A stretch of 64,000 nt of DNA from Ruditapes philippinarum (Eukaryota). Within the stretch, counting starts at the first letter, position 1. Each line of letters opens with the position of its first letter. The DNA is taken from the NCBI RefSeq assembly GCF_026571515.1, contig NW_026856121.1, forward strand, positions 186,001-250,000. Reading direction: 5' to 3'. The position numbers were made by a program, and so were the translations under genes. The notes under the pieces were generated by a model. That model worked only from the letters and a program-made list of their open reading frames with translations, was not told the DNA's origin and did no database searches. Below, in pieces: positions 27,221-40,489 of the stretch.

Positions 27221-30200
27221 TTATTTAGTCAGATATATGGAAGGAACACTATAAAATTTTAGATTTGTTTGATATATGCAATCGCGGAAAAGCACACAAA
27301 ACCTGATAATTTCCCCCAACTGTTTGGAAATACTTGTATATCATACCTGACCAAACATTCGGAAATGCATTTATGGACCGTAGAGTTCATGTCTTTATAT
27401 ACATGCAAATGTTTTGTAATTACAATAGGAATAAATATATATTTTCTAGTTTTTCTTCGAATTGAGAATTTTAGATGTGACAAAAAAAACTTAAAATGAC
27501 GTCAAATATTACAAGGTATTACCGCGGTGCTCTATGTAACTTATATCACCCTTAATTAATGTTTGATATCAACTTGCAAGAGAACAAATGATGACAAAAC
27601 ATTATTATAACTTTGATGTATAACATGAAGGGAAACCGAACGTGGTAGCCTTGCTGCTTTAGGCGACGCGCTGTTGGTCAGATTGCAAAAAATGGCGGAC
27701 AAAAACCATTTAAGCAAACAATGTTCCTTGCAACATTGTTTACTTTAGTTGTTATTTAATTATGAACAGTCCGTAGGTCCGAATTGTGGCTTTAGTTAAC
27801 TTTTTTCAGTTTTGAAATAACTTTTGAACTATCGAGTGTGCCGATGTAATATTTTAAACAATAAACACTTTTGTATTGAATTGGAGTTGTTTTATTACGA
27901 CAAGTGATGGTACGTTGATAATAAAACAAATCAAACTATAACTAATGTTGATAATATTTATAACAAAATGCAATTAATAACTCTAAAATATATACTTAGC
28001 CTAAGATCACACACTTTTCGTCGTAAGGAATTACGTTTGTTCCTCATTAAACATACTTTCTTACGTGTCATCAAATCTGCCATCGACATAGTCAAATGTG
28101 AAATAAAACAAAAGAACAGGAAATATTTTTTTAAATAATTGCTGAAATTGATTAGTTTACCTCTCACAGATAGGTGCATGTGTCTGCAAGCAGCTAACGT
28201 CTACCCACTGGAAGTTAACGTGCAGTCTATCTAGGTACATAGATGCGCAATCTTCATCCAGCTTTCCCCCGTTACTGTTTGGCTCCCCAGGCACCCAGTC
28301 TTCATATTCAGGTCTCCGTTTTGTAGGGTACCATATCCATTCCCCTTCCACAAGTTCATCGGTGAGGCCAATCCACCAGCCCATCGCTTAATGTAAAATA
28401 AACAAATATTTCTGAATCAATTTGCAACCTTAATGCATTAATCAGTGTGACAAACCAAGGGAAAACAATGTTTATTAACCAACATAAGTATTTCATTGCC
28501 ACTTTTAAAATGTCTTAAGTGTCCTTCTAGGCTCCTTGCAGGTGGTTCTGTGTTCATCCTTTTTGTTGGGGGATGCGTTCATTGAATGCCGCCCATATTT
28601 GTTGATCTTTTTAACTTTGACAAATTTAGCTGAGCAGGAAGAATTTTACACATCGATACAAAAATCAACACGTCAAACATGAAAAGTACATTTTATAAGT
28701 GTAGACCTTTATTTGATAAAATTTATCATTGTGAAACCCTGTTCATACTGGTAACTGGTAACAAATACCGACGTGTTCACATAAAAATAAGTATAAATTG
28801 AACAGGTTTATATTAACTTATCGAAGGCATACATACTTTAAAAATATCAAAATATTCTTTTACCTAAACAATTTAACACACAAATTAACTATGAAGGAAC
28901 ACACGCTGCTTTTATAAATCATTGAATTATTTAAACTGTTAAGAATTAGTTTACATAATTATATAATTATTCTTACGTTTCAATCTCCTGAGAAAATCCT
29001 TGAGGAAATTGTTTTCATGCACGTCATCAATCACGACTAAATGCCCATTGTGTTGACTGCAAAATTGCTGTGTGAAATAAGAAGACATTTTAATAAAATG
29101 ACATTTTATTATCTCTCGAACTGTCATCACATTTTTACAGGCTTCAGTTTTAGAAGTGAACAGTTTGATGTGGTAACGTAAGTTGGCTGGATAAAATAGA
29201 AACAAACAAACAGAATCCATAAAAATAACGCACAAAAACTGCAAAATTGTAACAAATTAACTTAACCTACTTGTTCGCTAAAGAGTGTTTTTTTAATTCT
29301 CTTGTAAGATATGTCAGTACCACTATAGAAGTGCAAGATCATGATTACTATCTTATAACAAGTCGGACTTCCGTTCATACTCTCATAATCTCAAGACGCT
29401 GTTATTGTCAGAAGGAGTAAAGAGATACTATTAAGAGAAAAACTTAACCTTGACATTGTTCTTCAATATATTATTTTTTTTACCTTTTGGGATTTAGAAA
29501 TGCTATAGTTTTTATCTGATTTTGTTTCAAGAGATTTTCATGTCACTGCGGTCAATCAATTTAACTGAACTTTAACAAACCAAACAAGTAGATGAAATTA
29601 CAAATTTCTCCGCAAGTAACCGACTACTAATTTCATATGCTTTCATAGTAAGCGATGAGAGACAAAAATGACCATTAGACTCAATGTTAATATTGTCATT
29701 AAAAGTATTCTTGGCCCGTGAATCGACCCAGCGACCCCTCAATTATTAATCCAATACTCTCAATTTTGAGCTAAGCGAGCGAACTTTGGAAAATATAGAA
29801 AATCTAAATAGAAACCCCTTCTGGTGACAGAATCAAATAATTAAAAAAAACCGATAAATTCTAATTCTATTGTATGATAAAAATGATTATGGTGTCTTAC
29901 CCGTGCATCTGCGTAGTTAGATGCTCTATCTGGATTAAAAAGATAACATGATCCTCTGTCAGCCACCCATGTGTCCGGACATGAAGTATTACAAACAACG
30001 TCTCCTAAAAAGTTAGATTGACACTTTAAAGATCTTATGAAAACTAACCACCTACTGGTGAAAAACATCGTAGGTGTCCCAGCATCAGCGAGAACCCGAG
30101 TAAAACCATGAGCGGGAACCTAAATAGAAATAAGCAAATAAGCAAATTCGAGAGCTTCTTCATACACACACCCGCACGTATGCACTACACCCCATTCACA

Positions 30201-31355
30201 CGCACGCACGCGCCACAAGTATTGTGACTTCTGAATTTCTTTAATGGGCTTGTTCACCTTCTGTTTATATAACTGTTCATTACAAATATTTAGATATCAA
30301 TATGGAAATTTGAAGTTGATCAGCCAACAATATAGAGCCTGGCCAGACTGGATGAAATTGCATGCTGACCAGGCAAAGGCAGAGTGATCTATTACAGTTT
30401 TTTATTAAACATTCTAACACGACCCGCATTTTTCCCTATTGAACACAGAAGAAATGAAAGTGTGTGTTATTATGCAACAAAATCACTGTTTGACGTTCTA
30501 TATTTAGACATGTGACGTTATAATTATACATATGACGTAACCACTAAAAATGTTACGCGCTGAAAATAAGTACGGAAACAAACCAGGCGCAATTTAGCTT
30601 AATATCAGGTACGGCAGCATTCATTTGATGATGTGTTAGGATCGAAATAATATAGCCAAATCGGTGATTTTATCGCTTAATAAAATCACTGTTTTGTTGT
30701 TCGGATGCAAGGAATTATACCTCGTGGTATTATTCCTCGCATCCGAACTCCAAACAGTGGTTTTATTGAGCGTTAAAATCACTGTTTGGGATACAATATT
30801 TCTCAAGTAAAATTACTATAGCATTGTTACTTAATGAACATGTGTTTGTATAAACTTACATGCACGTACACCTAGTCTTACAAAATAAGAATCCTGCCGG
30901 TATCGGAGAGCGGTTGAGTCTCTGTTAAGCTGTGACCGGAGAGCTATAACGACAACCGGTGTTAATTCTTTTTCTTGCATAATACACATAAGTCATATGT
31001 TGGAAGAAATGACCGAACATTTATATTTTCATTTAGCAATTTTTAGCAGTGTATGAATTGCTAACTTCATTCATAACGGCGATTAGCAAGTAATTCGTTC
31101 GCAAAAGTTGCGTAGGAATGTCGTCATTTAAAGCACGCGACATGTCTTACACGGTGTGCTTTTTTAGCACCGATGTTAAAAGAAATAATAATGATACGTT
31201 TGTTTTTAATTATCTACGCCCCATATGAACCTATTGGCAGTCGTTAATAAAGTATATAGTTAAAGCACAATCACTTTAAAGAAAGCCAAAGCCGAATACT
31301 TACGAGTACAAAACACGAACAACACCAAACTCAAGTTCAGTATAAGTAAAGTCAT
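27221..31355 (-). CDS. Secreted perlucin-like C-type lectin (EPN motif), paralog of 18423-22186
   Basis: Exons (minus) 31355-31304, 30004-29901, 29067-28977, 28386-28161, tentative last exon 27248-27221. It has the same 104- and 91-nt internal exons as the paralog; SCPDTW..RGSCY, DVHENNFL, WWIGL, EPN, WVD, PICE. Confidence 0.85.
30655..30800. repeat. Palindromic MITE-like repeat in lectin intron
   Basis: AATAAAATCACTGTTTTGTTGTTCGGATGCAAGGAAT is mirrored by ATTCCTCGCATCCGAACTCCAAACAGTGGTTTTATT. Confidence 0.7.
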
Positions 31356-32371
31356 GACTGCAAAACCAAAGAAGAACTAGTGTATAATAATTTGTAATAG
31401 CTAAATAACAGTAAAAGATAAATAACAACTGTTTATTCTACAAATTTCGCGTACACTGTTAGTACGCATTTTTAAACCAGCTGAAATGTTATATGCTCTA
31501 ATTAATAACATTTCATTTAAAAAACAAATCTTTACAAAATCTGTATAAAACAGGTATTTTGAGTGTGTCCACAAGACGAATTTAGCCATTAACCGGAACA
31601 GTTGAGAATTCATCTGTGACAACTTCTATGGTATTGACTGTATATAAAGAACTACGAGATAAGATTTTTTATCATAAGTGGCACTGGCCTAAATTAAATT
31701 CAATATGAAAGTAATGTAGTTGAACTTAAGAAATAAAGTAATTGTTTACAGATCCTGTAACACATTTTTTTTATGATTTTATATCATAAATATGATGCTC
31801 AATTTAAGATTAAACAATTTTGTAAGTTCCAAAAAGCATCATTTATCAAATTTTTCAATAAGAAATGAATGCATATATTTCAATAATTGCATATAATATG
31901 TACAAATATTTGCAGTACATATTTAACTTATTCTTCGATGTTTGAAAATTGTTTATATGCATTATTATATACATATATATAATTTCACTCAAGTGTGGTA
32001 TACAACCTCAATTACAACATACAGAATCTTTAAGAGAACGAGATCTGTCAATGATCTTATTGTGAATTGGTTTACAATAAGTACTTTTTTCGATACGTAT
32101 TTTTAATGTCGAAAAAAGTACAACAATAGAAATGTATCATTTGGCTAGTCTTAAAATTATACTTGAAGAAAAAAAATGATTAAGTTCTAAGTGATTTAGT
32201 ATGAACATTTATATAATGTATTATACAATTTGTTCTAGAACAATTTATTATCTGCTATAATACTCATAATATATGTAGTATTGAATCATGTATCTCACAC
32301 TTGCCAACACCATCCAGCTATAATTTTTTTATGGTTGGTTGTTATATGTAATACTAAAAACTGTCAACGTA

Positions 32372-35300
32372 GGCGATACCGGGGCATAACGTTACATTTT
32401 ACTTATTTTTTATATTTAATGATTAAATATAATTGTGTGTATCATATAAACTATGTTTTAAAAATAAACAACATCCCTTTAATCAATCAGTGAATTTTAT
32501 TTGAACAATGCTATAAGTATTTGTAAATGAGGTTAAATGAAACATTATGAGTAACCGTAACACTTTGCCCCGATATTTGGGGCAAAGTAATACATAACAC
32601 GGGATAATATGATACGCTTACATATCAGTTCATTACTATGTTCGACTAGGCTCAACTAAATAACAATGTGTGTAAATATAATTGCAACAAGACGAAACCA
32701 TATAAATAAATGTCAGTCACAGCCTCTATGGTCAAAACACTAAGTACTGTGACAATCACTGTAATCTGAGTCACAGTTAAGACATATGAAAACATGGCCC
32801 CTCAAGACAGCAGCACATTCTTCTTGCGTCCATTCTTTACATTTAACACATCGGATCCATTTCTCTCCGGGTCGACTGTTGGAATATGGTTCTACGCAAA
32901 TCAGACAAAACCACTCGTCGTTCTCGGAAGAATCAGACTCTATCACTTTCTTTTTCTTATTAACTGATTTTCTTTTTTGATTTGTTATCTGTTTTGGTTT
33001 ATCATTTTCTGTTCTTTGATTTAAAAGTTTTTTATTCTTTTTCTGTTCGCGTATTCTGAAAATTTCTTCAATGGCATTTTTTTGAGTGTCTGTTAATATT
33101 GCTGTATTACGTTTCCTACGTCCAGCAGTGCCTTTTCTTGGAGCTCCTTTTGGGTGAGGTCTTATATGTTCTGGAGAGAACTGATGAGATTCATATCCTT
33201 GGCTTGATTGTATCCTTGGTGCACTACTTGGTGTATTGTTGTTATTTTCTTGACATATCCCAACGCAGTTATAATGGGCACTTCCATTTTGGCTAGTCTT
33301 GGCTATATGAATGCCACCATTAAATATAACCCCTTCTCTGCCAGGTGTATGTGCAAAAAAATCTGTACCTCGGTTTGCACACAAAAGTTTATAATAGTAG
33401 AAACACCAAAGCTATTGCATAGGGCTGCAAGAACTAAATCGATGGAGTCATTGTTAAACTCTTTTTTCGTGATGTAATTTTCAATATCAGAAACGATATC
33501 GCGGCCACCAGCAAATTCTGTGTAATAACCTCTGTTGACAATAATTTCATTTTAAAGTTTGAAACAAATTTCATCATGGCTTATATTTGCAATATTTTCC
33601 TCAGATAACGCTCTTCACACTGAATGCAAAAGACAGTGCCCATCTGCAGGTACATGTTGTAACTCTCTACCCATAACCTGTCTTGAAAACTTGCCAAGTA
33701 TCTTTTAAAGGGACCAAATACCGACCTATCCAAGGGTTGTAACTTATGAGAGCAATGAGGCGGACATGATAACATTACAATACCATTTTCGCGTGCATAA
33801 TTAGGAATATCGATATGAAGATGTGAGTCGTGGTTGTCAAGAAGAAGGAGAACTTTCTTCTCCTTTGTTACTTTGTGTGATGAGCGAAATGTTTCAGAAA
33901 TTTCAAGAAATTGTCATGAGTCATCCAACCTGAAGAATGCGCTGCACCTATGCAACCGGCTGGTCCATCACGGATAAAATGGTCCTGGAATTTAACACGA
34001 GGGAAATGAGCGTTAGAGGAATTGCATTGCCGCTAGCACTGACAGCTGCACACATCGTTACAAGCTCCCCACGTTCAGTAGACGTAATAGAACCAATTTG
34101 CTAAACACCTTTAGTCGCTACCATACTTCGTGGCTTTTGTACTGTGGTAACCCCTGTTTCATCAAAATTCCATACATCACTAGCTTGAAACTTTTCTCTA
34201 TCCATAGCAGCTGCAAGCTTATCAAAAAAAGAGATTTACATTAGCTCTGTTAAAACTTGTCGCCCGCGATAAACTTGTGGCTTCATGGGTTCTTATTGAT
34301 AGATCTTTGTTCCGCTTCATAAAACCAGAGAACCAGTCGGGTCCAGCACTTTTATCCCTTTTCCAAGACTCAGGCATACCAATACCAAACGCATCAGCAC
34401 ATTCGAACGCTAAAATTCGTACCTCCTTTGGACTTAACCCAAAATATACATTGGCTGCCGTCTTCAGATAGTTTTTCAGTATGTTTTCTTGGATGTCAGA
34501 GAAGACTGGCTTAAAAGATCGTTCTGAGAAGCTCTCAACATTATCTGTTCCAAGTTCTTTAGCTTTTTTAATGTATCTACACAGTGTCATAGGGTTCATC
34601 TTTATCTCATTGGCAACAGACCGGATACTTCGACCGCAAATGACTACATCACTAATTCCTCTTTTAATAACATCTGCGGAAACCTTACATAGCGGTGTTG
34701 ATCTCTTGTAGTTTCGTACCATTCTGAATGAAAAAAACAACATAAATTTGATATTGAATAAATAAATAAATATAGATACGTTTATATCCTATTTTATTAT
34801 TTACATGTTTGTTCTGAGTTTTTTATGTTTATTGTTGTTGTTTTTTTCCCCTGAGGATTAGCAATATATCTTGTAAGAAATCTATAGGTTTTTTATATAA
34901 ATCTATATTAAAGTAGAGATTGTAAAAAAAAACAACACTCATTTAGATTCCCTTGCTACTGTGAAAGAAATATTTATAATATTTTTCTTGTTTGATAAAA
35001 GCATAGGGGCTTAGTGTTACACTGTAGCAGATTGCCCCTACATACAGTAACACATTGCCCCAACGATATCACCGAGACTAGGCAGGTTTTTGGATAAAAT
35101 ACGAGGTAATCAGAATATCAGTTTATTGTACAACTTATTGACAAATGTATAATGTATAATTTTATACATGGGCTATATCATCACAAACGGTATAATTGAA
35201 AAAAAAATACATGTATATTCAAAAAATATTCAAAAGTTGCCTACGAAGAAGAAGTGTTGATTTGCGGCTTAATCTTTATTTTAAGTCCCGCTTCAGCTTA

Positions 35301-35419
35301 GGTAGTATGAAAAAATATGAATTTGATTGGCGTCCAAACTACAATTGTTACGACGTCATATGTGACGTTATAAGTTTTGTATCGCTTTACTCCATGCAAT
35401 ATTACGTCCCGGTCTCCCC
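32372..35419 (-). mobile_element. Decayed pogo-superfamily (DD35D, Fot-like/Passer spacing) DNA transposon with TIRs and TA flanks
   Basis: TIRs GGCGATACCGGGGCATAACGTTACA and GGGGAGACCGGGACGTAATATTGCA (18/25 match), each flanked by TA; internal GTAACAC(T/A)TTGCCCC repeats near both ends. Confidence 0.85.
32740..34722 (-). pseudogene. Disrupted transposase: HTH(psq/CENP-B)-DDE_1-OTU-like-PHD finger
   Basis: Start MVRNYKR at 34722; AGPDWFSGFMKRN; WNFDETG; LLLDNHDSH...35 aa...LQPLD; OTU-like segment 33674-33255; SPEHIRPHPK..PRK...AILTDT; C-terminal CLIC...WIRCVKC...C...CLNC. Several stops and frameshifts. Confidence 0.85.
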
Positions 35420-38400
35420 TACTTATTTGTTGTATAACAGACTTTAAATTTACAGGGAAGAACTGAATACATGTAAAAAGCATTGGTCATTTGAAAATTT
35501 AAATCTGAAATCTCGGAATCTGATTGATTGGCCATTAAAAAGTTAGCAAAAAAGCACAAAAAAAAACACAAAAAACCAGATTATTCTGACATAGTATACG
35601 CGTCTAATTTTTAATTGATCTAAAGGAATTCTGGAACGAACTATTTACATTCATAAGTTCTTTATACTATCAACCATGCCTTCTCCTACACCTTTTAAAC
35701 TTGCATCCTGCTACATATTATTTTACGCTGCTTTAATGAGTTATAAATTTTGTCAAACATTAACCAAACCACTACTTATAACCCATAAACCTGTTTATGC
35801 AACTTTTCGGTCCTTTTCGTTATTTCCAAAGGTTTACAAATCTATTGATTAGGATTTTTCGTATCAACAAAACGTTATATTTATAAAATTATTTCTATTG
35901 AAATGCCGATTTGACTAAACAACAATTACTTAAACATTTTCGTTGAGCTAAACCCACATTCATAATAATAGAAATAAAGAATAACGTGACTGTAAAAACT
36001 GAGACAAGAAAAGTGAGTACAAAATAAATTGTTTTGTTTGCAGTTGATATTTACTTCTTCTTTACTTTTAAAGATTTACTACAGACTTTCCTTTTTGTTT
36101 TTATATTTAAAAAAACTTCGTATGTGCCAACATATACATATGATTTTTATATTTCAAAAATTAATATTTCAAAAATTTAATCTTATATTAAAATAATAAG
36201 GTCAATATCATAATCCTTATGATTCTATTTCCATGTTTCCTAAGATACGATATGCAAATAAACCAGTTTTAGTTCGGCCGAGTATCTTTTTAAAATATAC
36301 TTCTTGTTTTATTTTAGACAGATCTATATTTTATCTATAAAATTTTCCAAGTCAATCATCATAATAATAAAAATATATAGTCAGTTCAGCTCAACTTGAC
36401 CATGAAAAATAAATAAGCATAATGTCAATTTAACTTTGAATATTCAGATCAGGACACACCAATTACACAAATTCAACAGTGTCAGTTAACAAGAATACGG
36501 GAAAGACGTCACAGTACTTAACGTTTATCAGAAAATATTTAAATATAAAGATCAAACATGAATGAGATTTTTATTCTATTTATTAAGTGAACTTTTCCCA
36601 AAACTGTTTGTCAAAGAATTATTTCAAATGATTAAATTAAAATGTCATAAAACTATTTCCAGTGTCTGCCAATTGGGGTGATTTCACAGCGGTATCACTG
36701 TAATCCCAAATAAAATGCAAGTTTGGAAGTATATATGTGTCAAAATCTTCAAATTAAGTTATGAATATCTTCCAAAAGCTAACTTTCTATAAAATTCAAG
36801 CTATATGAACAGTGAATATACCAGAATATTGGTTTATACCATACTTCTATTGACTCTGTGAAAACAATTAAAGGGAAATACTAGTCAAATATGACAATTT
36901 TATAATATAGTTTTCTTACAATGAGTATACTCATTATTCACAAATTTTTTATTGGCAGATGCTTTTCGATTTAGTGTCACAGTTTTAAGAAAAGTATCAT
37001 CAACATGCTTGATATCTTGCTTTCGCATGCAGTCACGGAAAATGAAAATACCGTGATATCATAGAACCCGTGATATCATAGGAACTGAGTATAACTGTTA
37101 ATTAACACAAAAATTATTTTTTTTTTGTAAAAATCAAACAGAGAGCACCAAACATGGGGAACAATTCCCTTACGTAATATGTGAGCAACAACTAAATGTT
37201 CATAGATCATTGAACAATTTAAAGATTGTCACTGATTTTTATGGGGCTTTAAATCATAACTATGATGCTAAAATGAAGATTTATCAGTATTGTAAGTTTC
37301 AAAAAGCATTATTTGTAAAGATATAACCGAATTTACATTTCATTTAATTAAAAGGAGGTTATTAGAAATTTATTTTCTAAAAAAGGGCCAAAAATTTTCA
37401 ATTACAAATGAATGCATATATTTTAATGATTACTAATAATGCGTCTAAACATTTGCAGTATATATTTAACACATTCTTGGATGTTTGGAAATTGTTTACG
37501 AAGAATGAATATATACGTATATAAAATTTCACTTAAGTGTTGTTACACGGTATCTTAAATATATTCACGCAAGTTAAAGTCATATATGCAAAAAGTATCT
37601 CAGGACACAGCAGTAAATTCTGATGAAACTGTTATTGTTGTATGAGTTATGTTTGATTTACATTTTCTATAAATCGTACGTGTAATTATGTTACTGTGTA
37701 TGTCTGGATATTGGTCATTTGAAGACAGCTTTGTAAACACGATATTGAATAAATAAGTTGTTATCATTATTACCATTTTATCATCATTATTATCATCATC
37801 TTCATAATTATCATTATTATTATTTTCAAATGTTTTCAAAAGAAAAAAAAATCTCTATTTGTAATCCTTTTCTCGCTTATATTGCTTATAAAAGACAAAA
37901 TATTTCACAGCAATGATTTAAAGTAGTCTATTCTTATTAGATAATGGAAGAAGCAATATCTTTGAGGCCCCTAAGCACCGGTTTCAGAGAAGAATTCGAT
38001 CTTAAACACTGTCATAAGTATTGAGATTATTCATGTATGATATTGATTTATATTTATCAGTCACACTGCAACACTTTTCAATACACGAATACAAGTAAAA
38101 TGGTTTCCTGCGGGGAACATTTTTAATGATATAAAGATATTTCATTTAACTATTTTCAACATTGTTTTTGGGAGAGGGGAATAAAAAAAAAGTTTGTATC
38201 AGGAATATAGTTGACAATAATCGATCAATATAGAAGAAGGTCTTTGGAAACTCGTGACCGTTGATGACCGGAGAAGGTCGAACATCAAACAATTATTTCT
38301 TTTTAAGAAAATGATTAAATAGGCCTACCATTTTATGAACAATTCCAAGCAAAAAAAAATAAAGTAAACACACAAGTTTACGCAGAAAACATCTCTATTT

Positions 38401-38800
38401 ATTATGGCAGATGCCACTACGAATATTTTAATTTTGTAGATTTTCAGTATAAACAATTTATTGTTTGTAAAATTTGAGATACATATATTAAAGAAACAAT
38501 GATAATTTTCAAGTACATCATTCAAGTTTTTCCACCTTAAACGGTAAAATAATAATAGGAAATTAGAAATATCACGGAATTAATTAGGTGTAATTCTGAC
38601 TAATTTCCTAGAGGTAATTCCGTAACGTACCGACAAACGGTATTTAGCCAGGTTTTCGAAGGTCAATTAACCAATCGTGTACGGTTTACAGATCACATGC
38701 TCCTCCATGTACCGAAAACAGGTCACGTGCTCCTCCATGCCTCAAAAGTTAAACGCGTACCAATACCCTGCGGTCTCCAGACCGCAGGGAATAATATATT

Positions 38801-39730
38801 GCGCAGTTATAATGCAAGAATAATTGGGTTGGGATTGATGGTATTGAAACGGTATATGAATCATGTATCTTATACATACAATGAAAATAAATTATTAAAA
38901 TATACAGTAAAGTATATGGCTGAAACCATTGCTTTAAAAACAAATCTAAACAAATAGGTTTCTTAATGTTAGTTTGTTTGTTTGTTTAAAAATAGTAAAA
39001 AGACAAATAATCTACTTTGCGGGTCAACTTTTATCTTGGTTAATTCATCAAAGTTCTACATAACTTCATATAATCCTCAAATGTAATTTACAATAAAACC
39101 AGACTTGAAATGTTTCTTATGATCCTGTAAAAAATTCAAAACAAACAATCTGGCGGTACTAAAATAGACTTTAAATTGACACAAAACAGACATGTTTATT
39201 TATTTTTCAATGTTAACCCGTCTTCATCATCTTAAATTTATTTCACATCTGTTTTAAAAATGCTTTAAGGACATACAGTACAGTTAGCTCAAGTCAGAAC
39301 TTAAATTTGCATACAGCTTTTCGCTAAGTCGATTTTATTGTTTTTCTACAACTTTTCAGGGTGAAATGAAATTAAAAAGATGGGTGGTAATGAAACGGTG
39401 TATTTCGTCAAGGCTAAATGATCGTGTCAGATTAATGAGGTCAATTGCCATAAATCATTAGGAATCTGGATATCAGAAAGCGGTGTAGTTGACAGAAATA
39501 TGTGTATGAAATAAAACTTGTTAAAATCAAATCAATTTGATATTAAACGTGCAAACAACAACACGTGGACACGAGAAACTATTCGTAAATACATACAGTT
39601 TTCGTCTCCGTAAATGCGCAGTTATAATGCAAGAACAATTGGGATGGGATGGATGGTATTGAAACGGTATATGAATAAAGTATCTTATACATACAATGAA
39701 AATAAATTATTAAAATATACAGTAAAGTAA
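38801..39730 (+). repeat. Direct duplication of ~115 bp
   Basis: GCGCAGTTATAATGCAAGAA...AAAATATACAGTAAAGTA at ~38801-38915 and ~39616-39730. Confidence 0.85.
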
Positions 39731-40489
39731 GGCAAAAAGTTTTTTTTTTCAAAACTACCTCGGTCAAACCTGAAATTCAAACTTGAGGAAAAAGTGTTCT
39801 AACTTTTGAAGTAAGTTAAAGTCATGACTAACATGTTATCTACTGCTTTTTTAAACTTCCGTGAAAATAAGCATGTATCTATAGACATGCCGCTTTAACA
39901 TTGATATTCATACTATGTTGATAACAAGGGACAAAGACTCCTGAACAACACGACATTTCACTTAATATAAATAGGCTCTATTCCACGTAAATCAATGGAT
40001 TAAATTGTATCTGTTATGTTGCTTTCCGAAGTGTTGAGTATTTTGCAACGAGCAGCGTGGTGTAATTGATATCTTGCGAGACCGGAGGTCATTGTAATAA
40101 TATCTGTTCACTAAATGATTTATTTATTTAATGTATCTGGTCTAATTTTCTAATTTATGTTGTTTATTCTATATTGTAATATATGTACCACATGGGTTTA
40201 TGACCTTCTGGTTTTGATTGAATAAAATCTTGAAAATCTTGAAATCTTATATTAAATTGATCATTGCAGCAGGCATTCTGGATGTCTAGTATGTTTGTTT
40301 ATAATGATTTCTCTCATTAAGACAGCGCCAGGTTGTGTTAGTTGTGTTATGTTTAACCAAGCTAAATGTTCAAGATCTCTGTAGACATATTAACTAGAAC
40401 GTACGGATGGTATAATCTAATAATGTATATTAAAATGCCTATAAGTTTACGTCTGTGTATGTATAAAAAGGGAAGAAGAGAATCTGAAG

